A program made the position numbers and the translations under genes. 64,000 bases of DNA, from contig NC_088308.1 in the NCBI RefSeq assembly GCF_910592395.1, forward strand, positions 1,984,001 to 2,048,000, read 5' to 3'. Below the pieces are notes generated by a model. It was not told the DNA's origin and ran no database searches. It worked only from the letters and a program-made list of their open reading frames with translations. The stretch's first letter is position 1, and each line of letters begins with the position of its first letter. This DNA is from Lineus longissimus (lineage: Eukaryota). Shown here in pieces: positions 37,589-49,228 of this stretch.

Positions 37589-39928
37589 ACAGACGAAGAA
37601 CAGAAGTCACTTTTCTCTCAATTTCTTGGGAGCGTCGCACTTTCAGTGGATGCACTGATGGCAAAGGATACATTCTTTTGGGTCACAAATCTGTGTCAGT
37701 TGTGATATTTTTGGTTGTACATGTTGTCGTGGGACAACTATTGATGCGGAGCACTTCTTTGAGATGGCGAGATGTCAGTTCTTTTATGAAAAAAACATGC
37801 ATATTTTGTGCTGAAATTTAAAGATCTGTATATTTTTGGTGCTCTGTGGTGGAAGTGGCACTTTTTTTGAATTTGAAGAAGTCTTGTTTATTGATTTAGA
37901 AGGTAAATCATTTGCCGAGTTTAATCATAAAAATATGATAATTTTTGATTGTCATTGTAATCCACAGTTGAGAAGTCACCTGTTGGGTTTATATATCAAT
38001 AAAAATGGTCAAATCTCTCAAAGAATCTTTTCAATTCATCAAGTTGTCCTGTTTGTAGTTTCAAGTCTGTGATATATCTCGGTTGACAACCTGTGATTTC
38101 ATCCAATTTCGATTAATAGATTTGCTAACTAAGGTCCACGTTCTTTTGTTAGTGTTTCTTCAGAGATCGCCACATTCTGCATAATATTGAGATGTTAGCA
38201 TTTTAACCGGGTTCGAAAGACTTATGGTCATATGATGAGCATGAACACGTTTATTTATAGTCGGATGCCGAGTCACTTCTCACGTTTTTGAGCAGGATAT
38301 AAAATATTGACAATGGCATGATACGTTCCTGCTCACAGCATCTTTTGATATGTCTTATAACAGTTTCTTTTCTGAATGAAATTATCAAATTCAATTCTTG
38401 ACGAATTTATGAATTGAAATTGAAATTTCGCCCAAATGACAAATGTGAGAAAGACAAGTTGGCAACATGGTTGAATGTCAGATTTGTTCTGCATCAAAAT
38501 GGTTAATGTTGCCAGTTTGTTTGGTGTAAATAACATTTTAGAAAAGTGTAAACATCGGTGAGAAAGTACCTCTGGTGAAGCCATTAGTAATTAGCATCGT
38601 AGCACAAAGTGTGTGTTGACTTGTGATAACGTCCATGACCATAATTGTGTTGTGTGATATGGCACTTGTACTTGCACCAAACAGCCTTTTATTTAGTTAC
38701 AAAATGTAAGATTTAATCTTTGAGGATTTGAGAGCAGTATTGGAAGATACACTTCATTCAAATTTCGCCGCTTTTGTAGTTTGGAATATTTCTTAAAAAG
38801 TTGCTCTCAGTCCACAAGGCGTTAAATCTCCGACTTTGTGGACATTGTGGGTTCGATCTCTGAAGAAATGTTGCACTGTGTCAGGTCACCTGACCCAGAT
38901 TGGCTGCACAATCAACTCCAAGCTGTAAGAGGGGGACATCTCTCATTGGTCATTGCCATGGCAACCGTTGCTAAGTTACCCTAAATTTAGTTATTGTTGT
39001 TATTATTTTTACAGTGGCTGTAATTGCTGGATAATTTACTGTTCTTTTAGATTAACATTCAAATCAACCAATGTTTTGTAATCATGTAATTATATGTATT
39101 ACATGTAAGGGTAAGGATATTTTGTAAAATATTTTGAGGTAATGCTGTAATTCTACTCGAGCTCTATGCAAATGATGACATAATAATATTGATAAAAAAT
39201 TCTTGATTTTTGTGGTCTTTTTTGGTTCAATCATGACAGATTTTTTAAAAGTCCGTCAATCAAGTACTAATCATGTATTTGGTAAATAATAACTTGAGTT
39301 GAGTTTGGTTGAAAATTTGTTACTTGGAGATTTTATTCCAATGTTTATTTTACTTCATTGTTGGTACGTTACCATTTTTGTGAGTTTTGCTGCCTCCTTT
39401 TGAATGCGAATGGTTCCCATGGGCCAGCCAATGAGAGTTGACCTTATATCCAGCTTGCGGTCATGGTACAATCATGCAATATTGAATGATATTATTGTAC
39501 AAAACTTTATGAACACACGAAGAAAATTGTTATTCTTGGAGCATGAACATGTTAGGTATACAAAGTGTGTTTTGAGTGACCATTTTCAGAATGGTAGACT
39601 ATGTACCTATCTTGTTTCTACTCCAAGACTTTCAAAACCTTCTAATTGATTTTAGCCTATTTTATTTCACTAATTAGTATAATTGAGTTATTCTGTACGT
39701 TTGTAACTATCTAATTAATCACGTACCTGTGAGATTTATTTTAATACCAAAATCAAAATATTATTTTGTTGGTGTATAAAGTATATAGCGATGCTTCAGA
39801 TGCAATATACAAGCATTTTGTGTAATTTCAAGCTAAGTCATAGAAATTCATTTGGCTGTATGTGCTAGGTCTGTTTAGTTTTAAGGTAATTAGCTGTTGA
39901 CCACCTCAACTTGTAATTGACAAGTTAA

Positions 39929-39934
39929 AATAAA
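39929..39934 (+). terminator. Candidate proximal poly(A) signal of BicC
   Basis: AATAAA followed by a T-rich tract. Confidence 0.35.
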
Positions 39935-40712
39935 ATAAGTTTTTCTTGTTCATTTGGTAATAATAAGCTTTAAATTTTGAGAGCCTATCAGGTCTATTAA
40001 AAAAACATCAAATTTATAATGATGATTTCTTGGGGTGTTTCAACAGTCAGGCCACAATACTTAGTTTTAATATTGCAAAAAGGTTTTATTTAGAATTTCT
40101 GTGGTATTAGTTTTGGCCTCGCCTTCATATTATAATTGTGTATATAAAACAGAGAAGTTGTTGCCTAGGTTACAAGTGCCTGGTTAGATTTGTAATATGA
40201 TTTTGTTAAACATGATATGCTGAAATCATGTAATGCTGATTCAGATTTTTTGACAAAAAATTCCTATCTGCTGAGAAGTGAAATTTGGTATATGGTTGAT
40301 AAATAGCTTGCCTAAGATCACAATTATTGATAAGTAGCTTGCCTAAGGTTGCAATTGTATGCTTCAGAGCAGGTCATGTACATTTGCTGAGTCCGCAGCA
40401 GTGAGAGAGATTAATCCAGTACCTGTGTTGTGTCCCCTGCTTGCCACTGTGGTGGAACTGGGCCTTTAAAGACCTTTCATGAAGATTTTTTTAAAAGATA
40501 TAAATAGCGTGTTAACATTGTTATCTGTTATGGTCTGGTATCATTGTGATAATGTTATACTGTGCATAATGGCACTTGTTAGAACAATTATTGGAGTAGT
40601 TGACCCTGTTGACGTTAGTACTGAAAGATGGTTAGGCCACAACGTGGCTTCCTTGGGAGATCAGTGATTCTCTGCACCTGTTGCCCTCTGTCACCGCTCG
40701 TTGAGGTGTTGG

Positions 40713-40718
40713 AATAAA
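40713..40718 (+). terminator. Candidate distal poly(A) signal of BicC
   Basis: AATAAA at the end of the long AT-rich tract, just before opposite-strand TTTATT signals (about 40809, 40938). Confidence 0.4.
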
Positions 40719-41689
40719 CTTTTCTCTTTATGCAACACAGAGATTAAGTAATAATTTACAGTAGGTTCTGAAATGAAGGTATGTTTTGATTGTAATGAAA
40801 AAAACTGCTTTATTTGGTGATGTTGAAATGTTTAAAATGCTGATCACCATTCATGTTGGTTTATCAAATAATAATTAAGATTATGCAAAGAATTCTGAAT
40901 ACTGCTGATTTCCTGAATCTGATTCTAATTTTACCCCTTTATTTCATTAGCATGCCCCTTAAACTTCTGAAGTAGGACTTTCTAGCTCTTCGCTTTGTCC
41001 AGAAAAAACCACATGAATTGATCTTATTTGTGCTAAAGTGAATCTAAATGAAGTTTGTCATGGGCAACCTGACTGGTCAACTGGGCAAATCGTGAACAAG
41101 CAAATTCGATTCAAAATGAATCTGAAAATGTACATATATGGAGCAAGGAACCAAGTTATTTTTCTTTCCTTGTCGGATATCCCTATCGTCCTCGCACTGG
41201 TCTTTGACTAGAAATTGGCGTGTTGTAGATTACCTGGCAATTTGAACTGCTAAATTTCACTTAAGCCAGTGATCCCTTGATCAGTGAAAACAAATGTGCT
41301 AAAATAATTGAAGTGCGGACAGTTATTAGTTAGCCTGATTATAAATGCTTTTCAGTTCTTTCATGACGAAATCTTCTTATGTAAATAAACAAACCAAGCC
41401 GTGTAATCTTTGAGGTGTAAAGTATGTCCTGTATCCTGTGTGACCTGATGACCTCACTAACCATGACCTACCTAACCAGCTTTGCTACAGGGATGTATGA
41501 TAACGATTATAACAAGACAAACGTGATGCGGGCTTTGTCATCGAAGCAGACATGACACATAGTTTTATACAAATATTTTATAATCATGATTCCTAATGCA
41601 CTGGTTGTATGTATCATTGTATCCTATCTTCTATGTATATTGTACATTATACAGGGTGTAACAAGCGTGTGGTGGTCTGGCTTTGCTTG

Positions 41690-42293
41690 TCATTTTAAAA
41701 CTGAGCGGGCGTACATCATAGATGTATATATGATAAGATGGGAATTTGAGCCTTGTGAGTGCACTGCGCATGAGCTATGCATGAACTGCGCTTCGGATGC
41801 TACGTATATGCTTAAATTATACCATTCCCTCAACAGGGAATTTTCATCACTCTTTCTGTACCTTGATGTAGTGACCAGCAAAACAAGACCATTCTGTTTA
41901 TTTTGAATCACCCTGTAAAAAGAAGTTTTCGTGTTCTTGCCTGAAAATGAGATGTTGTTGCCAGCAATAATCCTGTGCCTAAACATCTGTTCTTTTTCTG
42001 AATTTGTTGGGCATGACTTGGGCATGAATCTTGGTCTCAACAACATGTCATTATGTTCATGGTTTAAAAAGGCAGTCATGTTGCATCCTGCTTTGTCAGC
42101 CTTCGAAGGAGCAATGGTCTCCCGGTGATAAATGGATTGTTGGTCAAGAACGCAGTCATAATAACCATGACACATGTAATAAAGTACCCCACAAAGCATG
42201 AGATTAATAACCCTCTTAATAACCCTCTGAGGAGGTTTCCCTCTTATTCTTGCACTCCAGCTTCCTAAACACCTTGGAAACACACTGAGTTGC
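41690..42293 (-). CDS. Putative exon of an uncharacterised type II membrane protein (or pseudogene)
   Basis: About 200 open codons directly behind a strong acceptor ttttctttcaacag| at 42293; basic residues then hydrophobic VINLMLCGVLYYMC; no family recognised with confidence. Confidence 0.4.
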
Positions 42294-43189
42294 CTGTTGA
42301 AAGAAAAACTACTGTCTCCAACTCATTTACTCGATGCCTATCTGAAAAGTTAATTTGACCATTCTGACATGTTTTGCAATTGTGTTTAGTTCAATATTCC
42401 ACTACAAGATGGCTATACAATCCCACCTCCTCTCCTTTCTGTGCTTGGAGCAATGAACCAACTCTCCTGAGACTTCTCTCACCGGTGTAATATCAGTGGT
42501 TGTTCACCATATGTCAGTGTTTCCATACCAGAGACAGCTGGAGAGACCATGACTTTTCAATAGGGAAAACACTGAATTAAAAGGGTCTATCTGTCTTTCA
42601 CTGTTCCCAAGTAATGAGGGGAGACACTCACAAGTGTCCCACACTGATTTGTCTGAAGTTCAGTTCATGTGATTGGCATTCAGTTATGTGATGTCTTTCC
42701 AACACCTACACTCCCCTCTGTCTCGGCCCCTCCTTGTCCTTGTGCCATACACAACAATACCATGTTTGATCCTCCTTTGCAATAAATATATGTAAAAGCA
42801 AAACTTTCTTATTTGCTTTGTCTTGAAAGTAAGCCGCCAACTCGGTGGTAATACGAAGATGACCGAGGTGATGAGGCCTCCCCGCCTCGAAACTGCTTCA
42901 GTGGCCAGCCAAAAAAAGCATCTGGCAGTCACGCAGTTTCTCTTTGTGTCTTTATGTGATGGGGGCGTTTCTGCCTGTGGGTGTCGAAGGCACCTCCGTA
43001 CTGCCATCTCTCTCCTTGTCTCATCCTGAGTGCTTTGACCAGACAGCAAGAGTTACGATTGTGACAATGAACTACTGACTTTCCCAACATTGATTACTTG
43101 GTCTAAGGACGCATTATCCCAATTCCCCTCTTCAGGCCCCCAAAATGGATTCTAATCTGTGAGAAGAGATCCAATCACCATGGATGTGA

Positions 43190-44160
43190 CAATCGTGAGG
43201 ACAGTTTGAGACGGATGTCTCCATGAAGTCGCCTTATTTGGGGAGATCGTATCAAGGAGACAGGATAAGACTGTCTTTAAGACCAAACTGGACTTCCTCA
43301 GAGGAGACTGTTAACAATTGCTGTCCCTTGAGAAGACTCGGAACAGTCTGTGTTGAGGACAGTCAGAACTTTGATTGTTCCAAGACAGAGGCGACTAAAA
43401 TGGCTGTCCCTTTTCGGAAGAGTCTGTGTTGGAAGGACAGTCAGAAATTGGATGGTTTTCATGACGGAAGACTGCCGAAAGTCGCTGTCCCTTGAGAAGA
43501 CTTGCCTGTCGGAAGATTCTGTGTTGAGGACAGTCAGAAATGGACTGGTCCTCATGACAAAAGACCGAGTCTGTCAAAAGTGGCTCTCCCTTGAGAGGAT
43601 TAACCGTTCAGAGGAAACTGTTGAAGGCAGTCAGCATATTAAATGCGACCGTCCTCAAGACAGCCAGTACTGGACGCTATCCGCGCAGAGGGATTGCCTT
43701 TCAGAGGAGACTTCGTTTGGGACACTCAAAAACTGGATTGTCTTCAAGACAGTCTGTATTGGTTGTACTGGTGTAGAAGTAGAAAATGTCCCCAGGAAAA
43801 AGTGTCTGGTCCTCTTCTATTCTGGCGGATTATGACATGTGGTTCCATAGGCCATGACCACCTTAGCTCAAATATTTAAAAGCGCATAGTAGAATCGTTT
43901 TGCCGAGGACATTTCAAACTTCCACACAAATGTCCTTTGAGTAGACTTTACAAATGACCGTCAGTGCTGAGAGGATTATATGTTTTCAGAGCAAAACAAT
44001 CAGAAACGGCACGGTTCTCAAAGCGGTCAGTACTGGACGTCTTGATGAGGACACTGTCAAAAGTCCCCCAAGAGGACATGCCTTTCGGAAGATACAGCAG
44101 TGAGGACAGTCAGAAATGAGATTGTCCTTGAGATTGAATGTCCGAAGAGGAGACGGTCTG
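43190..44160. repeat. Degenerate tandem repeat region
   Basis: Recurrent GAGGACAGTCAGAAA and CTGTCCCTTGAGAAGACT motifs at irregular, roughly 80-90 bp spacing. Confidence 0.7.
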
Positions 44161-44947
44161 CATGAGCACAATGCTGTTTCGGTGCTATTCCACCAGCGAA
44201 ATACTGGTATTGGACAAGTTGACGTATTTCCACTGAATTGAACTTGACAAGTTCATGATGTTATGTTATTGCCTGCCTCAATTGCCAGCCTTATTTTCAT
44301 GCTTCATTTGGTAAAATGTAATAGTGAACTCGTTACTGAATGTCACAGTATTATTACATCGATATAATAATTACTAACGTCCCCAGCCAAGAAAAACTAT
44401 TGCTCAAAATATAATGGACTCATATTTGTTCAAGAATTATGCAGAGGGTGTTACATATCTCATTAACACTGGATCAACATATTTAATAGTAATGAGACAA
44501 TTAAATGTTCCGACACAAATGTTATGACAAAATTATTCCATGCTGCACAAGTGACCGTTATAAAGACAACGGTAAAATGTAGCTTCTGTACCGGGAGACA
44601 GGACAAGGCCGGCTCGCGGCCGGTCCACTGCATGCGTCCAGAGTGTACGATAAATTCGACCAGAGCTCTATCCTTGACTTGACGCAAAACTTCTTTGGTC
44701 GCCTGTAATGTCCTCAACCCGCCTTGCGTCTTGTGACTTTGTCGTTTCGGACCTTGCATGCCTGCGATATATAGGGCTGGACTCTCCTTGCTGAACGACA
44801 ATGTCACAACCGCACATACAGTATATCAAAACTTGATTTGTTGTTCCAACCTCCAGTGCCCCATGAATAGGAGACCGCAGTTTCCTGCTCAACTGATGAT
44901 GTCACGTGTTGAAGCTGTATCTGAAGCCATGTGACAGCAATGACAGT

Positions 44948-45040
44948 CCCCTAAAATCAAAGTCTGCCTCGATTTTAGGCTGCTTCGAACCCACGACCCT
45001 CCGATCACAATTCGGACGCTCCTCCACAGGTGCCCAGCGC
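44948..45040 (-). mobile_element. tRNA-derived SINE head / tRNA-like pseudogene
   Basis: Minus strand has anticodon-like arm TCCGA-ATTGTGA-TCGGA, then GGGTCGTGGGTTCGAAGC (B box), then hairpin CCTAAAATC...GATTTTAGG; no acceptor stem. Confidence 0.6.
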
Positions 45041-46904
45041 TTCCACATCCTGTCGTTAATAGAAATGTACAATGAATGTTTTCAAAACATGTTTTTAACA
45101 ACCGCTGTAGCTGTCGAAAATGTTCCCCTGACAAAAGAGTCCGGGCCTATTTTGACGGATTCTGCTACGGATTCTGATGGTTCTATAGAGACCATGGTCG
45201 CCAATTACCTCAGAGTTTAAAAGCTGCTACTCTAATAGAATCTGTTGTTCTGTTACTCCGGGCACCCATGACATTCCATGTCCGACATGAGGGACAATTC
45301 AGACTTCTGCATTGACTGATATTTTATTCTCTGGCGCAGACCGAGACAGATATCCAATACAGATATCGAGATGAATGCCAGGAGCAGAGTGTACCCGGTA
45401 AATAGCAATCAGACAGAATAATTATCAATCATCATTTCACCCATCAACCAACCTGCATGGTAGCTAGAAAAAAAAACACTCTCCTCAACGTACGGATTAT
45501 TCCATTGAAAATCTTATAGTAGAGAGCCAGTCCACAGTTATTGAAATGTAATGAAGATTGGTGACACCATGGCTACCTGAAAGATCGCGTCTGTTCTCAA
45601 ACCTGGATTGGAAATGGTCACAGTGCAGACACACTAAATATGGAATGTTGCAATAAGTCTTCAGTATTTTTCAAATTCGAATAATAATCAATATTTTCCA
45701 AACACCCATCAAACCTCAGATGGATAAAAAGTGACAGTTATAAATCTACTAATTCAATGTCGTTGTAGCTGGAGAATGTACCGTTAATAATTGGTTTTCA
45801 TCCATGTCTGGTGTGTGTGGATGAGACGGCAGCAGACCATTATGCTGCACGCACACTATTGATGCGTGATTATTTCTAGAACTTTATTGCAAAAATGCCA
45901 GATTCTTGCTGAGCGTAGGGTATATTTCATATTTACACCTTACAGATTACGATCATGGCCAAAATAGACAGCAGGATATGTGCTGACACCACCTGTCGTT
46001 TGTCACAACCATCACAACCATGCTGCACGCCGAAAGTGTCCCGTCATAACTCAATGAGCTGAAAAATTCAGAAATATGTCCTCATTTTATAGAAGCGTTT
46101 GAAACATGATCTTCATCGTTTGTCCGATTGAATTTTGTCCAATAACGTTGTTCTATGAATCGAACACAAGTATTTTCTTCAGAATGTTTGTAGTGAAAGT
46201 GGAGAGATTTATAATTAACGATGCTAAAACGGATATCACTCAAATCGATTATTGCACACAATTATATGTTTTGATGGGTTTTGAGTGTAAACAAACAAGA
46301 TGGAAAACGAAATATCGCCAACGGGCCAACAAAACCAATGTATTGATAGTCTTAAGTGTTTACAAGAAATAGGATGACAGTTTATTCTCAAAACATGACA
46401 AACTTTATTGTGTTCATTTAAAATATTGTCCGGTTATGTTCGCCAGGCTTTCAGCGGTGAGACATAAGCTAAATGATATCTTCAGGGTATAGTCTCAAAA
46501 TGTAAGGCATGGGTTTACATTACTGGGCGATTTTTATGGTCTGGAAATACGAGAGATCGTTTATAGTCATTTGATAAAATGCCAATCCAACCTTCATATC
46601 AGGATTAAACGAAAATTAAATGTACTAAATTACCAGAGAGTCGTCCAGTTCTCCCGGTCCGATTGTCGCGAAATTTTAACATCCGAATACAAATTTACTC
46701 TACTTTGATAAGCCAAACAGCCTTTTCGGGTCTCTCACGAAAACAACCCTCTACCCTCAGCTCCTGGACAAAAGCGGGAGATCCCGGAACGACGACAAGT
46801 GCTGATTTTGCACACCCGGTCAGGGGTCTCCGCGACGTTCAAGGTTGCAATCCAGAGGTCATTATTTTCATTTCTTCTTGTTTGTTCAGCAAAAACCAAC
46901 CACT

Positions 46905-46964
46905 GATAATATAATGATACATTTATAAAGCGCCCTTCCATGGTCAGACCACACTCAGGGCGCT
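46905..46964 (-). mobile_element. L2-clade LINE/SINE 3' tail remnant
   Basis: Minus strand AGCGCCCTGAG...GAAGGGCGCTTTATAAAT plus ATT-rich tail, the typical L2 3' stem-loop pattern. Confidence 0.6.
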
Positions 46965-47567
46965 GCCTCTCCTTAAATGGTCTTCAATCTTCACTCGAAA
47001 TAGGTTGTTGTGACATAGATGAAGACGGTTGTGACAACTATCTAGATTTGAATAGTTGTGACATTGCCATTCGGAATAGAGCATGAGTGAGATCGTGCCA
47101 GAGAGTGTCTTTTATGAAATCCGTCACCCGTATTTAAAACGTTAAAGATGGTTGTGACATTGTCTTCTATGTCTGTTCGTATGAGGCGGCCAGGAGGTCA
47201 TGACTGTTTCAATTACTGTTAGTGACTAATACAAGTCTTGGGAACAATTAGTTTTACAATCCTCTGGCAAACATCAAACACCCACAACTATAAAATTTAC
47301 ACTGACGCACAACGAGGCATGCTAAGATAATTGGCAGAATGTCTTACCTGGTCTGGTTATCGAATGAAACACACACTGAAAGTCTCTATTTATCTTTCAT
47401 TGTTTAATGAAAGGCTTACTCGTGTCAAAACTAAGAAAAATACAAACTACATGTCAATATTTACCTCAACAACAAACTTTAAAGTTGGCGAAGTATTTTG
47501 CCATTTACGTACAGCATGTTCAAATTGCCCGTCTTTCGTAGGTAATCGCGGTTGAGGTGTAGCCTTA

Positions 47568-47617
47568 GAACCCGGTTGTTCAAAATCAGGGCTTACTTCT
47601 TTTAAACAACCGGGCCC
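47568..47617. mobile_element. 50-bp PIF/Harbinger-type mini-MITE
   Basis: TTA at 47565-47567 and 47618-47620; TIR CCCGGTTGTTCAAAA / TTTTAAACAACCGGG. Confidence 0.65.
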
Positions 47618-48299
47618 TTATTTTCAGCAACCAAGTCACTAGCTTGATATTTACTTACAAATTTACCTAAAAATGTCAAAGTCAAATGTCCCAAATTGAT
47701 GCCAGACAAACAGACTTTGCTTCCTAAATTCAATTATGACGTCACTAAGCATATTCAACAAAGAAATTTCTGATAAACCGAGTCGGAAGTTCATTACATT
47801 TGACAATTTAAACGTTGTACTTTGATTACTGGTTAAGTCTACTCCGTCTGAAAACAGGCCTTAGGTTGGGCTGTACTTCGTTCACTTTGCTCAATGTTTG
47901 ACTGCCCAGTTTGCAAATAGTTACCGCGACAATGTTTACTATTCATTGGTCATGCATTCACGATATTTTTACTTTGCAATTCAATATTTTCTCAACACTT
48001 AACAGATATTAAACTTTCAACAATTTTGCGGGAACTGGCTTGACGTCTGGTTGAAAGTATGCCCGCATACCGATGTTTAGGACATGCGTTTGGTTCAAAA
48101 ACAAGTTCAATCCCGATCGGGGGCCTGTCTAAAGCCAGAAATCTAGCCAAAGGCATCTCTTCTGAATGGCTGCACGAACCTAATGTTCATGTTGGTTCTT
48201 AGCTTGGGAATCTGACCTCACTCTCGCTGTCTACCCGAGGATGAGGAACCAGGCACTGGCTCGTTGTCACTGCCAAGACGAAAAGGATCGAATGCATCT

Positions 48300-48410
48300 C
48301 AGTGATTGGACAAATCGAAAGGACGTCAATACTATTGTAAATCCCTTCTGAATATGATTGGTTGGACAGTTATCTCTGACAAAGTAGAATTCTGATTGGC
48401 TAGCAATATT
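48300..48410. promoter_or_regulatory. Cluster of inverted CCAAT boxes with a CRE-like site
   Basis: GATTGG at about 48304, 48356 and 48394; GACGTCA at about 48322; TGACGTCA and CGGAAGT also at about 47737-47790. Confidence 0.3.
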
Positions 48411-49228
48411 GGAAGCACGGCCTATTGTTTGCCTTCAACTCGAGTGGCCAATGCAGAGATGTCAGGCATGGTGAAATCAAGGGGCTTGTACTGTAGTTTG
48501 CTTTCATAGAGACTGTCGTGACTTTGAGATCGTCTCCGATTCATTTCTGGTTTTAAGGTAACTCAAAACGAAAACTACATTTACTTATTAATCAATATCA
48601 TTTATTTACTACTCTCATTGCAGGACAAATTGTCGTAGACGTTGATTGATTGATGAATACATTTCAGTAATTGGCAAACTAAGGATGCAATCACCAGCCA
48701 ATGATGACCATGAATAGTGAATGCATGCAGGGGCCGTTCATTTAGAACGTACGCCCAATTTTCAACTTTTCAGTGCTCCATCTCTGTTACACCAAGATTT
48801 AGTCTTTCAATCTCTAGCATTTGCTGCGGAGCGAAAGTACGCCAATCATTGGTCTATCGATCGAATTCGTCCACTTCGTTATTTTGAGGAGTGTTTTTCT
48901 AAAACTCTGCACTATAGTTAGTCATAAATGTTGCTCCAAGTATTGAAAATATTGCAAATGAAAATACAGCCATTGCCAATGAAGAAGGAAATTAATCGAT
49001 AAAACGTGGTACAGATTGAAGACTGCGGTGACAAATATCGATTTGGACAGTTCAACTTTCCAATGAGTATGGCGAGTTTTCTGACGGATGCCAAAGTGCC
49101 TATTGGGGTAGCAATCTATGTCAAAGGAAACGCCAACACTTAGTTGGAAATGATTTTCACCCCAACCGATGACTTTCGTCGAGCTAAAATGGCAAGGCAT
49201 CAATTCATGGAAACTCAATCAACCCGCC

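Noticed and set aside
43223..43879. Overlapping 60-161 aa ORFs
   Set aside because: They lie in a degenerate tandem repeat with no splice or homology support
44960..45040. Functional tRNA-Thr(TGT)
   Set aside because: No acceptor stem or proper D arm; better explained as a SINE head
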